This document shows, in pieces, positions 1 to 8,887 of a stretch of 48,963 nt of DNA. Both the position numbers and the translations under genes were made by a program. Source of the DNA: a virus (Duplodnaviria; Caudoviricetes); IMG/VR virus record IMGVR_UViG_3300044852_000030, positions 1 to 48,963 of that record. One strand, written 5' to 3'. Every line of letters begins with the position of its first letter. Position 1 is the first letter of the stretch. A model generated the notes under the pieces. The model did no database searches. It saw nothing but the letters and a program-made list of their open reading frames with translations, and was not told the DNA's origin.

Positions 1-140
1 GGACGTACGAGGGCAGCGGTTTGCAACGACGTTGAATGTGATCGCCAATAAACTGCGGGGAGTATCTGCGCCATGATCCAGGACCATACAATCGATCAAA
101 CGCTTATCGAACTGGCTCGCACGATGAAAGCGCTCAAGGC
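1..140. repeat. Terminal direct repeat / circular-assembly overlap, copy 1
   Basis: Identical to 48824-48963 except C at 14 versus T at 48837. Confidence 0.95.
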
Positions 141-282
141 GTTGCGGGCGGCGAGACGGGAAGCCAAGAACGCTGGGACTTTCGGGTGCTGGAGTGATGG
201 TACGCCTCGCGAGTCAGGCGCTGTGAAACGCGCAAGCATGGACCTCACCCGGAAACTTGCTGATCTGAGGCAGTCGCGATGA
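73..282 (+). CDS. Hypothetical phage protein
   Basis: 69-aa ORF, GGGGAG SD upstream, ATGA overlap with the next gene. Confidence 0.75.
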   Translation: MIQDHTIDQTLIELARTMKALKALRAARREAKNAGTFGCWSDGTPRESGAVKRASMDLTRKLADLRQSR

Positions 283-518
283 ACGGCCCGAATTGCCGGT
301 GGTGCAACAGCGTCACCGATGCTGAATTTGTTGATGTGGGTGTCGGCATGGTTCAGGTTACGGGCGGTCTATGTCTCGAATGTGGTGCGCTTGAGATGGG
401 TCCGTACCAAACAGATGGTCGTATCACTGAGGTGGAGATGGCCACGTTGTGGCGTGCTCCAATGACTGACCATTGGCAATTTTCACCGTACAACTGCGAC
501 CCCGAGGAACACCCGTGA
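279..518 (+). CDS. Small zinc-ribbon protein
   Basis: CRWC...CLEC pairs; 'AEFVDVGVGMVQ' motif typical of small phage proteins; coupled start. Confidence 0.75.
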   Translation: MNGPNCRWCNSVTDAEFVDVGVGMVQVTGGLCLECGALEMGPYQTDGRITEVEMATLWRAPMTDHWQFSPYNCDPEEHP

Positions 519-578
519 GAATTCACCGTAAGGGCTCGGGACAATGTAACTACAACCCCAACAGGAAGGATTGGCGCG

Positions 579-752
579 ATGTTTAAAGAATCGACAGAAA
601 TCAGAGCAACCTCATTTGAGGTACGTTGCCCACACTGCGAAAAGTGGGACGACTGGGGCTCGTGTGATCCATCTGGTAGTTCTGGCGAGTGTCAGAGCTG
701 TGGTGAACCCTACACCGTCCACCCGGACGCTGATATCGAGTCGTATCAATGA
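579..752 (+). CDS. Small zinc-ribbon protein (57 aa, not in ORF track)
   Basis: Hand translation MFKESTEIRATSFEVRCPHCEKWDDWGSCDPSGSSGECQSCGEPYTVHPDADIESYQ; AGGA SD; ATGA overlap with 749. Confidence 0.7.
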   Translation: MFKESTEIRATSFEVRCPHCEKWDDWGSCDPSGSSGECQSCGEPYTVHPDADIESYQ

Positions 753-973
753 CCCAACACACAGCCTGCCCGCAGTGTGGGTGTACCGATTTGATCAGGT
801 ATAGCTCGCTGAATATGAAGCAATGTCCCGACTGTAAAACCGAGATACCGTGGGGTCTGGCGCCGGGGCAATTGCCGCTGGTCGGGTCGAGCCGTCAGGA
901 TCGTAAAATACCGGTTGACGTTAATGACGGACTCGTCAATACTGCGAACATCAGCCACGGGAATTCATTATGA
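749..973 (+). CDS. Small zinc-ribbon protein
   Basis: CPQC...CPDC; coupled start. Confidence 0.7.
   Translation: MTQHTACPQCGCTDLIRYSSLNMKQCPDCKTEIPWGLAPGQLPLVGSSRQDRKIPVDVNDGLVNTANISHGNSL
915..943 (+). promoter_or_regulatory. Sigma70-like promoter with palindromic operator in the spacer
   Basis: TTGACG-17-AATACT; operator TGACG-GACT-CGTCA at 925-938. Confidence 0.7.
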
Positions 974-1158
974 AAATCGAACTACACTGTGACGTTGTAT
1001 CTCAGGATTCAATCGACATTGATACATAACACGATTTTGTAAATATCCAAGCATTCGCTAAAGGCGACTGGATTGAAATCCAATTCACCGACACGGAGAA
1101 GGTCGAGATGTTTCGTGATGCTTTGACCGAATGGCTCGAGCGTAACAGCCATGTCTAA
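970..1158 (+). pseudogene. Small gene interrupted by an in-frame TAA (1027-1029)
   Basis: MKIELHCDVVSQDSIDIDT*HDFVNIQAFAKGDWIEIQFTDTEKVEMFRDALTEWLERNSHV; it follows a promoter and exactly fills the gap between neighbours. Confidence 0.6.
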
Positions 1159-1579
1159 AGCCAGACGAGTGAACGATCAGTACCACTGCCACGCGTGTGG
1201 CTATCAATGGGATGTAAACGACGAGGATCGACCAATGTGCAAGACAGGTAAGGGTGTGATGGGCGTAATGCTCGCCGTAGCGCTGAGCAGTTGTGGGATT
1301 GCCCAGGCGGCGCAGTGTGACGCGATACGTGTGGCAGCGCTCACCGCGTCCACATTGGCGTACGCTGAGTCGTGTGCGTCGACGATGGACCGTTACGGTA
1401 AGCGCGTGGCGATGCAGTCGTCAGAGTGTCTGCTCGCTGTCATCGAGTCGACGAAGCAACAGGAAGCGATTGAGGGGCTCCAGAATCAGGGTTGTACGAC
1501 GTATACCAACCTACCACCCCAGGATCAAGTAATCCGCTTACGTGCCATCGGGATTAAATTCTCGACCACCAGTCGGTAA
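1151..1579 (+). CDS. Hypothetical protein: N-terminal Cys/His finger, then a signal-peptide-like segment and a Cys-rich domain
   Basis: YHCHAC...C then MGVMLAVALSSCGIAQAA; ends just before a terminator. Confidence 0.7.
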   Translation: MSKARRVNDQYHCHACGYQWDVNDEDRPMCKTGKGVMGVMLAVALSSCGIAQAAQCDAIRVAALTASTLAYAESCASTMDRYGKRVAMQSSECLLAVIESTKQQEAIEGLQNQGCTTYTNLPPQDQVIRLRAIGIKFSTTSR

Positions 1580-1583
1580 TGCA

Positions 1584-1601
1584 AGCCCTTCGGGGCTTTT
1601 T
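1584..1601 (+). terminator. Rho-independent terminator
   Basis: AGCCC-TTCG-GGGCT followed by a T run. Confidence 0.85.
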
Positions 1602-1614
1602 ATTTGTCTGAGTA

Positions 1615-1643
1615 TTGACGAGTCCGTCATTATGGATAATAAT
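1615..1643 (+). promoter_or_regulatory. Sigma70-like promoter/operator
   Basis: TTGACG-17-AATAAT; operator TGACG-AGTC-CGTCA at 1616-1629. Confidence 0.8.
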
Positions 1644-1670
1644 TATCACGTCAACCATTGGAGCGACACT

Positions 1671-1862
1671 ATGACCACCCCTCGCCTTACCATCGCGCAA
1701 TCGATTCGCCGGTCAAGCGATCCACATCAGGCAGCTATTGCATCGTTCAGCCGTCGTGAGTGCCCGCATAACGCGAACTATCACACCTACTATTTCGAGG
1801 ACGGTTCGTACCTGACGTTTGAAGTGTCGTATCTACCAGTTGAAGACGGGAGCCGGTCATGA
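1671..1862 (+). CDS. Hypothetical protein
   Basis: Start MTTPRL with GGAG SD downstream of the promoter; the track's longer N-terminus crosses the terminator. Confidence 0.75.
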   Translation: MTTPRLTIAQSIRRSSDPHQAAIASFSRRECPHNANYHTYYFEDGSYLTFEVSYLPVEDGSRS

Positions 1863-1945
1863 TGTGGCTCGTTTATTGGTGCGTGGCGTCGGTCGCCCTG
1901 GCAGCGCTGTATTCATTGATTCGACATATCGAGAAATCCTCATGA
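1859..1945 (+). CDS. 28-aa single-TM peptide (not in track)
   Basis: MMWLVYWCVASVALAALYSLIRHIEKSS; GGGAG SD; ATGA overlaps at both ends. Confidence 0.6.
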   Translation: MMWLVYWCVASVALAALYSLIRHIEKSS

Positions 1946-2355
1946 CTGCATTCGAACAAGGTTACGCCGCGCACCGTGACGGGAAGGCGCGAGACGCCAA
2001 TCCATTCGACGATGAGAAGTCGCCGTACTCCCGCAAGCGCTGGGATGCAGGATGGAAAAAGCGAGCACAGAACACGCGCAACGCCCACCAATCCGAGATG
2101 GCTGCGTTGCGGGAAGAGCTGGCCGAACTGGCGGACCTGAAGGCATACGTCACTATCCCTTTGCGCGAACGTTGTGCCGAGCGTAAGGAGCTGAAACAGC
2201 GCCTGACAGCAGCCGAGCAGCGTAATTCTGAATTGCTTGAAATCCTGCGTAGTATTCGGCTTAACGCAAGTCCGAAACTATTCTCGCTAGGCCAGTTGGC
2301 TTTGGTAGACGCCGCGCTACGGACCAAACCCACCAAATCGGGAGCAAGCGAATGA
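1942..2355 (+). CDS. Protein with Rmf/CrpP-like N-terminal motif and a coiled coil
   Basis: AFEQGYAAHRDGKARDANPF...RWDAGW resembles the RMF pattern GY.AG..G......PY......W..GW. Confidence 0.65.
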   Translation: MTAFEQGYAAHRDGKARDANPFDDEKSPYSRKRWDAGWKKRAQNTRNAHQSEMAALREELAELADLKAYVTIPLRERCAERKELKQRLTAAEQRNSELLEILRSIRLNASPKLFSLGQLALVDAALRTKPTKSGASE

Positions 2356-2537
2356 GCGTTGAAATTGAAGTCATAAACGTATGCTCAGTAAGGGGCGTCC
2401 TAGCCGGTGGTCGCGCCATCTGCGGAAACGTTGGGTGTGGCGAACCGTGGAAATGCTGGAGCGATGAGCCATGTGACAAGCAGATCAAGCCAGCCGCTGA
2501 GAATCTCTCGACAGAGCGCAAGGAGCCTAAGCCATGA
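2352..2537 (+). CDS. Small Cys-rich hypothetical protein
   Basis: GGAG SD; ATGA coupling. Confidence 0.65.
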   Translation: MSVEIEVINVCSVRGVLAGGRAICGNVGCGEPWKCWSDEPCDKQIKPAAENLSTERKEPKP

Positions 2538-2935
2538 CCAACACCCTAACAATCTCGCGGGAGCAACTGGAGCGCTGGCTTGTCGAGCTGAAAAGTTCCA
2601 CTGCATATGCCACCCGCAAAGAGCTGCAATCGATCCTCGCCGCCCCTGCCGTCGAGCGCCAAGCTGAGACCATCTATCAGGTCCGCTATCTAGGCGACGG
2701 CGGCGCTGGCTGGAGTGATGTCGATAAGGACGAATTCGACTTGGATAAGTGTCGCGCCTACTACCAGACGCGCACGGTATTTGCCTCGCCGCCCGCGCCG
2801 GTAGCGGTTGATGCTGAATTCTTGGCGACATTCGAAAGAGTGCTTCTGCTTTTCGCGCCTCATGATCTAGCTAGCATGCAGGTTCTGACAGACGCCCGCG
2901 CCTGCCTCGACAAGGTCAAGGAGATGAATCGATGA
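2534..2935 (+). CDS. Hypothetical phage protein
   Basis: AAGGAG SD; coupled; mosaic accessory-type sequence. Confidence 0.75.
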   Translation: MTNTLTISREQLERWLVELKSSTAYATRKELQSILAAPAVERQAETIYQVRYLGDGGAGWSDVDKDEFDLDKCRAYYQTRTVFASPPAPVAVDAEFLATFERVLLLFAPHDLASMQVLTDARACLDKVKEMNR

Positions 2936-3117
2936 GTCCCGAACTGATTGAACACCTGTGGGATCTGCGGTCATATCACGCCAACGCGGTTATTAATCTC
3001 ACCGCTTACGCCAACGACGCTGGCCCCGGCGAGAAACACTATCGTAAACGTGCCGACTTACACGCCGCTCACGTTGTTACTATCGATGCGCTCCTGGCGA
3101 TGGCGGGTGTGGTATGA
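2932..3117 (+). CDS. Hypothetical protein
   Basis: Coupled ORF. Confidence 0.7.
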   Translation: MSPELIEHLWDLRSYHANAVINLTAYANDAGPGEKHYRKRADLHAAHVVTIDALLAMAGVV

Positions 3118-3422
3118 CTAGCATCGTGGGGATTGATACGGATCGCGCTATTGAACTACGTGAGTCGGGGCTTCCCTGGAGGCTTGTGGCGGCTCGTTGT
3201 AAGTCCACAGTGTATCTGGTGAGGACTGCGCTCGGTGCCGTCGGTTACAACCAATGCAAGCGCTACCAGACGATGACCCGATTCGATTCCAGGTTGTTAT
3301 CCCCGTATCAATTGGCGCGTATGAAACGCCTGAAGTCTGCCGGGGCAACTTGGAAAGAGTTGGGTCGCATTATGAATATCGAACCTGGGAAGTTGGAACG
3401 CTATGTCAAACGTCACGCGTAA
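3114..3422 (+). CDS. Tandem helix-turn-helix DNA-binding protein
   Basis: Two HTH-like segments: LRESGLPWRLVAARC and LKSAGATWKELGRIMNIEPGKLERYV. Confidence 0.65.
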   Translation: MTSIVGIDTDRAIELRESGLPWRLVAARCKSTVYLVRTALGAVGYNQCKRYQTMTRFDSRLLSPYQLARMKRLKSAGATWKELGRIMNIEPGKLERYVKRHA

Positions 3423-3876
3423 ACGAGTTACTGAACGTTGGGGTATTCCATTCTGGCAACTTATCAGCGATATACACGAACAAGGGTTCAATAGAACTCA
3501 GGCCGCTGCAATTGTAGGTATGCAACGACGTTACTTCAGCGCACTCATCAATGCCCACCCGCAGGACAACCCCTGGGGTAGTTGTAACGTCGTGGCGAAC
3601 TATGTGCGCGATACAGGCGAGCCGTTCCGTGACGCACTGCTACGGATGCAGCGGGAGGGTTACAGTCTGGCCGCCGCTGGACGAGCTATCGGGTTCGTTG
3701 GGGGTGGTGGTGACGGCCTAAGACATGCGATGAAAGCCCGAGGGATAGACATCCGTTTCGACTGGGTCAGACCGGTAAAGCAGATACCCAGGAGAATCGA
3801 CAAAGGCCCCAATGTGACTTCAGGGTGGCCGACATGGGACAAAATAGCTGTGATGTTACGACCCGCTTCGCAGTGA
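3403..3876 (+). CDS. Tandem HTH DNA-binding protein (possible transcription regulator)
   Basis: GFNRTQAAAIVGM and GYSLAAAGRAIGF HTH-like repeats. Confidence 0.65.
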   Translation: MSNVTRKRVTERWGIPFWQLISDIHEQGFNRTQAAAIVGMQRRYFSALINAHPQDNPWGSCNVVANYVRDTGEPFRDALLRMQREGYSLAAAGRAIGFVGGGGDGLRHAMKARGIDIRFDWVRPVKQIPRRIDKGPNVTSGWPTWDKIAVMLRPASQ

Positions 3877-3882
3877 CAATCG

Positions 3883-3904
3883 ACCCGCTTCGGCGGGTTT
3901 TTTT
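3883..3904 (+). terminator. Rho-independent terminator
   Basis: ACCCGC-TTCG-GCGGGT plus T run. Confidence 0.9.
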
Positions 3905-3952
3905 ATCTTCAGTAAATTATCGCTGTCGACTTTTAATCATTTTTGGTTGACA

Positions 3953-4054
3953 TCTGGTCAAATTTTGATCGATTTATAATTATCTCGACGTCAGTTAATT
4001 TTCAGTAATTTAAAAATGATCATTTTCTGGTCAAATTTTGATCGATTTATAATT
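3953..4054. repeat. 29-bp direct repeat in an AT-rich non-coding tract
   Basis: TCTGGTCAAATTTTGATCGATTTATAATT at 3953-3981 and 4026-4054. Confidence 0.9.
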
Positions 4055-4133
4055 TATTTTCGCTGAGATAATTTATCTCTGTCGACCAGTAATTTAATTC
4101 GGTTGACATCTGGTTACTTTTTAACCAATTCCG

Positions 4134-4403
4134 TACCCCGTACCCCGGAACTCACACACTATCCGGGGTACGCTGGAGGCCACGTATTCCGTGGGCTGTA
4201 GAGGATTTACCTGAATACCCCGTATCGATCTCACTCTCCAGCCATACGATATATATGTTAATGATATGTATTATCATATAGCTATACAGCTTCTATACTA
4301 ATATTATTTATTCGGGGTATCGGGGTATAAAATATATATTAGTAGTAAATATAAGGACTTACGGCATACCCCGATAAATACCCCGGATCAGTTTTACGGG
4401 GTA
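4134..4403. repeat. Iteron element copy A (nine TACCCCG/CGGGGTA around an AT-rich core); candidate replication origin
   Basis: Heptamers at 4134, 4141, 4164(rc), 4216, 4313(rc), 4321(rc), 4367, 4379, 4397(rc); homologous to 18087-18347. The repeat is certain, the origin role is inferred. Confidence 0.8.
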
Positions 4404-4417
4404 AAGCATTGCTGGGA

Positions 4418-4446
4418 TTGACCCGGTTGTCAGCGTCGGCGACAAT
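4418..4446 (+). promoter_or_regulatory. Promoter for terS with degenerate operator
   Basis: TTGACC-17-GACAAT; TGAC-CCGGTT-GTCA at 4419-4432. Confidence 0.55.
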
Positions 4447-4476
4447 CCTGTGACCTCAACCGCAAGGCTTTCCGCA

Positions 4477-5103
4477 ATGCTGATCACCATCGACAACCGC
4501 ACCATCGAACTGAGCGATGAGCAAGTCTCGGCCTTCCACGCCCTGACTCGTTTGCAGCAAGGTGTGGTCCTCGGAACGCTTGAGGGGATGACTCAGCGAG
4601 CCGCGTATCGTCGTGCTGGTGGTAAGGCGAAGAGTGATGCAAGCGCTGAACGTTCGTGCGGTCAGATCTTGGGAAATCTTGGCGTTAAAAAATTCCTTGA
4701 ATCGGTACGTCAAGTTGCAATTGAAACAAGCGCTGCGAAGTTGGCCGGTTCAATTATGTCCCGTGAGGAAATGTTAGAACGTTTAACCGCGATGGCTCGA
4801 ACTAACATCGACGACGTGATCTCGTTACATAACAATCCACTCATTGACGAAGAGTCGGGCGAAGTTGTTGCACAGGCCGGATGGTCGTTTAAAGATCCTG
4901 ACCAAATGACTGGTGCCGGAACTGCAATCATCAGCGAACTTACAGCCGGTAAAGATGGGCTGAAAATTAAAACCCATAGTCAAGTTGCTGCGATGAAACA
5001 AATCGCTGACTTGCAGGGTTATAACAAACCTCAGCAAATTGAACTCTCTGGTGAAGTAACTACCCGCGCAAGGCTTGATGATTTCTATGGGTCCAACTCT
5101 TAA
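4477..5103 (+). CDS. terS: Terminase small subunit
   Basis: 'QRAAYRRAGGKAKS..A...L....VKKFL' and 'MSREEMLERLTAMAR' terS-type motifs; directly upstream of terL. Confidence 0.85.
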   Translation: MLITIDNRTIELSDEQVSAFHALTRLQQGVVLGTLEGMTQRAAYRRAGGKAKSDASAERSCGQILGNLGVKKFLESVRQVAIETSAAKLAGSIMSREEMLERLTAMARTNIDDVISLHNNPLIDEESGEVVAQAGWSFKDPDQMTGAGTAIISELTAGKDGLKIKTHSQVAAMKQIADLQGYNKPQQIELSGEVTTRARLDDFYGSNS

Positions 5104-6478
5104 TCCAAACCTCCGCGACTTCTGGACCACCCGTGAAACGCCCGAAGGCGACCCGGTACGGTTTAGGGTGTTACACGGTGGTCGGATGTCTTCCAAGTCG
5201 CACGACATTGCCGGTATGGCCATTGCCAGGGCGAACTTCAGCACCGAACGATTCCTGTGCCTACGGATGTTCCAGAACCGTATCGCCGACTCGGTTTACA
5301 CGCTGCTGAAAGACAAGGTCAGTTATTTCGGGCTCGACAAGAATTTCAAGATTTACGCCGACGCCATCGAGCACAAGACCAACGGGTCGTTGTTCCGGTT
5401 CTACGGTGTGGCGCGTAACGCTGATGAGATCAAATCGTTTGAGGGTGCGACGGTGTCGTGGTGGGAAGAAGCCCACATGATGACCGAATCAGCGTTCAAC
5501 ACTGTGCGACCGACCGTCATGCGTAACGATGGCGCCGAAATGTGGTTTTCATTCAACGCCCGGTTCGCGACTGACTTCGCGTGGAAGCGACTCGTTATCT
5601 CCCCGCCACGTGGCACGCTCATCCGCCAAATCAATTACGACGAGAACCCGTTCCTATCCCCTTCCGCTCTGGCTGACATCGAGTCAGCGTTCGAGGAAGA
5701 CTACGACCTCGCCGTCCATACGTACCGTGGCGTCCCGTTCGACAGCGACGACAGCGTCGTGATCAAACGTGCGTGGCTCCAAGCCGCTATAGACGCGCAC
5801 AAGACCGTTAAGCCCCTGTCGGGTAGTTGGACCGGTGGTAAGACCGTGGGGTACGACGTGGCGGACGACGGGGACGATAAGAACGCGACCACGTGCATGG
5901 ACGGGATGGTCTGCATCGACCTCGACGAATGGAAAGGCGGTCAGGATGAGCTACGTGAGTCGGCAGCCCGTGTGAAATTGACCGCTGAACGTCTCCAGGC
6001 GTCGCAGGTGGGTTACGACTGCATCGGGGTAGGCGCTGGTACGGGATCGCACCTCAACTCGCTGGGGTGGCGCCGTCACTACCGTTTCAACGCTGGCGGT
6101 AAGGTGAGCGACCCGAAACGTCACTACGGTGACACCAAAATCCCGAATGAGGACTTTTTCGCGAACCTGAAGGCCCAAGCATGGTGGCTCGCAGCGGATC
6201 GTTTCCGTAACACGTATCTCGCCGTAACGAAGGGTCGACAGTTCCCCGCCGATCAGATGATCAGTCTATCGAGTGAGTGTGACGCGAAATTACTGGCAAA
6301 GCTGATCGATGAGTTGTCCACGCCGATGCGCGATTTCGACAACGCCGGGAAGGTCAAGGTTGAGAGCAAGAAGGATTTGGCAAAGCGTGAGGTCGTATCC
6401 CCCAACATCGCAGACTCATTCATCATCGCTGCGTGCCGGGGGATGTTGGCGAAGGTGCCGATTGGGTCGATGTTATGA
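5087..6478 (+). CDS. terL: Terminase large subunit (PBSX-like)
   Basis: Walker A GGRMSSKS, Walker B WWEEA, nuclease GYDVAD and SPNIADS. Confidence 0.95.
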   Translation: MGPTLNPNLRDFWTTRETPEGDPVRFRVLHGGRMSSKSHDIAGMAIARANFSTERFLCLRMFQNRIADSVYTLLKDKVSYFGLDKNFKIYADAIEHKTNGSLFRFYGVARNADEIKSFEGATVSWWEEAHMMTESAFNTVRPTVMRNDGAEMWFSFNARFATDFAWKRLVISPPRGTLIRQINYDENPFLSPSALADIESAFEEDYDLAVHTYRGVPFDSDDSVVIKRAWLQAAIDAHKTVKPLSGSWTGGKTVGYDVADDGDDKNATTCMDGMVCIDLDEWKGGQDELRESAARVKLTAERLQASQVGYDCIGVGAGTGSHLNSLGWRRHYRFNAGGKVSDPKRHYGDTKIPNEDFFANLKAQAWWLAADRFRNTYLAVTKGRQFPADQMISLSSECDAKLLAKLIDELSTPMRDFDNAGKVKVESKKDLAKREVVSPNIADSFIIAACRGMLAKVPIGSML

Positions 6479-6772
6479 AACACGTATCGCTGCCGCACGA
6501 ACGATGACGCGTCGAGTCACGCCTTCTTTGTCGCCGTCGGTGTACTCCATGATCTCATCCGCCCAAACGGCATCGTCGTCGCCGCGACCTTCGAAACTCA
6601 TTTGTATACCAAGTTTAACAGCCAAACGGAGCGAATCGCCGTCATCATTGAGGGGATTCCACTCAGTACCACCCTTGCAACGGAAGGTACGATGCCCTCT
6701 CGATCCGTCAGTCAGCGTATAACCGGCAGCCTTTGCCGCTAATTCAACTAGTTCTACGTCGCTCTGTCCCAT
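6473..6772 (-). CDS. Accessory hypothetical protein inserted antisense between terL and portal
   Basis: 'ELVELAAKAAG...WNPLNDDGDSLRLAVKL...TRRVIVRAAA' common phage family; GAGGGG SD; own promoter. Confidence 0.85.
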   Translation of the reverse strand: MGQSDVELVELAAKAAGYTLTDGSRGHRTFRCKGGTEWNPLNDDGDSLRLAVKLGIQMSFEGRGDDDAVWADEIMEYTDGDKEGVTRRVIVRAAAIRVS

Positions 6773-6810
6773 ACCTATTTCCCCTCTGTGCCACGTTTAA
6801 GTTACACTGG

Positions 6811-6839
6811 AGCATATGACACTATGACGGGCTCGTCAA
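6811..6839 (-). promoter_or_regulatory. Sigma70-like promoter/operator (leftward)
   Basis: Minus strand TTGACG-17-TATGCT; operator TGACG-GGCT-CGTCA at 6825-6838. Confidence 0.85.
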
Positions 6840-6840
6840 C

Positions 6841-8232
6841 ATGACTTTACCAGCCACTACCGACGGACTTGTTAACGTCGCCTCCGGTCTCGGGACCGCA
6901 AAGGCTAAACGTTCGCACAACCAATTCTGCTATTCGATCCTGAATAACTGGGCATCCTGGGACGCCGCTTACAGTGATAATTGGCTCGCCCGTCAAATCG
7001 TGGACATTCCCGCTGAGGACATGACCCGTGAGTGGCGCACGATCAAGTGTGACGGTGCTGACGAGATCCGCGCCGAAGAGGATCGCCTCCATATCCCGAT
7101 GGACTGCAACGAGGCGTTGAGCTGGGCACGTCTGTACGGGGGTGGCGGTATTCTCATGATCACCGGTCAAGACCTGACCAAACCGTTGAACCTGAACCTC
7201 GTCAAGCGTGGCTCACTGCAACGTGTGATCGTGTTCGACCGCTTCGACATGCAAGCGATGACGCTTAACACGTGGAACGTCCTGGCAGCGAATTACCTCG
7301 AACCGGAGTTCTACACCATCAACGGTGGCGGGCAACAGGTTCACTGGTCACACTTTGCACGGTTCATGGGCGCCAAATTACCACGTCGTCAACGTGCACA
7401 GACGCAAGGTTGGGGTGACTCGGAACTGCGCAAGTGCCTCGAAGACATCATGGACATCGTCGCGAGTAAGGACGGCATCGCTGAGCTGATGCAAGAAGCG
7501 AACGTCGATGTGATCACCCGTGACGGTCTGAGTGATGAGTTGGCGAGTGATCAGGACTCGGCGATCATCGACCGATACACCCTGTTCAGTCAGATGAAAT
7601 CGATCACGCAATTGGCGTTGCTCGACGGTGACGAGACGTACGACCGTAAGACCCTGGACCTCGCCGGGGTTGCGCCAGTACTTGAAACGTTGATGACGTG
7701 GATCAGTGGCGCGGCTGATATTCCGGTCACTCGTCTGTTCGGTACGAGCGCCAAAGGTTTGAACGCCACCGGTGAAGGTGACAACACCAACTACAAGAAT
7801 TCGATTCGCTCCAAACAACTGACACAGCTCGACCCTGGTATGCGGTCACTCGATCAGGTGTTGGTACGTTCGGCGCTGGGATACTGGCCGGAGGATTACA
7901 ACTACGTCTGGAACCCACTCGATCAGCCCGACACCGTTCAGATGGCAACAGCCGCGAAGACTCGCGCCGATACCGATATGATTTATCTCGATGCAGGTGT
8001 GATTCAGGTGAGTCAGGTGCAGCGCCGTCTCCAGGCTGAAGAGGCGTATCAGTTCAACGACGAGGACATCGAGGAACTGGAAGGGTTGGAAGAGCCTAAC
8101 ATGCCTGCCGAGCCGGTCGTTGAGGAGCCGAAGGCGCCAGCACTGAGCACTGACGCATTTATGAGTGCTTACACCGCCTTGACCAACGACGGTGTATCGC
8201 ACGAATCGGCTATGGCTGTGTTGATGGGGTGA
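6841..8232 (+). CDS. Portal protein (DUF1073 type)
   Basis: Position after terL; WLARQIVDIPAEDMTREW, ARLYGGG, IPVTRLFGTSAKGLNATGEGD motifs. Confidence 0.92.
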   Translation: MTLPATTDGLVNVASGLGTAKAKRSHNQFCYSILNNWASWDAAYSDNWLARQIVDIPAEDMTREWRTIKCDGADEIRAEEDRLHIPMDCNEALSWARLYGGGGILMITGQDLTKPLNLNLVKRGSLQRVIVFDRFDMQAMTLNTWNVLAANYLEPEFYTINGGGQQVHWSHFARFMGAKLPRRQRAQTQGWGDSELRKCLEDIMDIVASKDGIAELMQEANVDVITRDGLSDELASDQDSAIIDRYTLFSQMKSITQLALLDGDETYDRKTLDLAGVAPVLETLMTWISGAADIPVTRLFGTSAKGLNATGEGDNTNYKNSIRSKQLTQLDPGMRSLDQVLVRSALGYWPEDYNYVWNPLDQPDTVQMATAAKTRADTDMIYLDAGVIQVSQVQRRLQAEEAYQFNDEDIEELEGLEEPNMPAEPVVEEPKAPALSTDAFMSAYTALTNDGVSHESAMAVLMG

Positions 8233-8818
8233 AGTAATCAGGTGAGCCCCAGTAGTACACATCATCACCATCGGCCCACATTTCCCATGGGAGTTTCGTA
8301 TCACCACCTCTATCGACATTATGAACGCGATACGATTGCCCGTCAGTAAAGCTGTCACATCGATGATAATTCCCGTCGCCGACACGGTATGTGAGCATAT
8401 CCCCCACATCGACGTTCTTCCACCAGTCGTCATCTAGCGTCACAACCGGCTCACCCGGAACCATACGTGGCGCACCCCAACCGAGTTCAGCGAGCCGCAC
8501 AACGATCTCACCGTGGCATTGACCGGCGTGTTCAAACAGTGCGTCGGCTTCCGCTTGTGCCGCCTGGGCACGTGCTTCAAGGTCGCGCCACTCGGTCAGC
8601 ATCGTTTCGAGTGTTGGGGCGGTGACGGCTGGTTCAATTGGTAGGGGTGCCATGCCCGACTCAGTTTCAAACCTCGTATCACCAGCGTCACTTACTTCAA
8701 ACCATTCACTGTCTTCAGGATCCCACGCGAACCATGTATCGCCGATACGTTTTTCCCACGGCGCGCAGCTACCCGCGACGTAATGCGTTGCACCTTCCGG
8801 CTTCTGACTCATGTCCAT
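8210..8818 (-). CDS. Accessory hypothetical protein, antisense insert
   Basis: 'PEGATHY' N-terminal motif; GAGG SD; own promoter. Confidence 0.8.
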   Translation of the reverse strand: MDMSQKPEGATHYVAGSCAPWEKRIGDTWFAWDPEDSEWFEVSDAGDTRFETESGMAPLPIEPAVTAPTLETMLTEWRDLEARAQAAQAEADALFEHAGQCHGEIVVRLAELGWGAPRMVPGEPVVTLDDDWWKNVDVGDMLTYRVGDGNYHRCDSFTDGQSYRVHNVDRGGDTKLPWEMWADGDDVYYWGSPDYFTPSTQP

Positions 8819-8855
8819 TCTGTAACCCTCGTACCGTTGTGTTAATGTGGGACCA

Positions 8856-8884
8856 ACTGTAATCCTATCTGACGGACTCGTCAA
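8856..8884 (-). promoter_or_regulatory. Sigma70-like promoter/operator (leftward)
   Basis: TTGACG-17-TACAGT; operator TGACG-GACT-CGTCA at 8870-8883. Confidence 0.85.
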
Positions 8885-8887
8885 CAC

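Noticed and set aside
4134-4403. Iteron elements or dispersed palindromes as a CRISPR array
   Set aside because: Repeats are 7 or 14 bp, in mixed orientation, without regular unique spacers; the only Cas-like gene is a common phage Cas4-like nuclease.
6841-8232. Possible automatic label 'anti-CBASS Acb1' for the DUF1073 protein
   Set aside because: Position and motifs are those of a portal; I see no appended phosphoesterase domain with paired HxT motifs.
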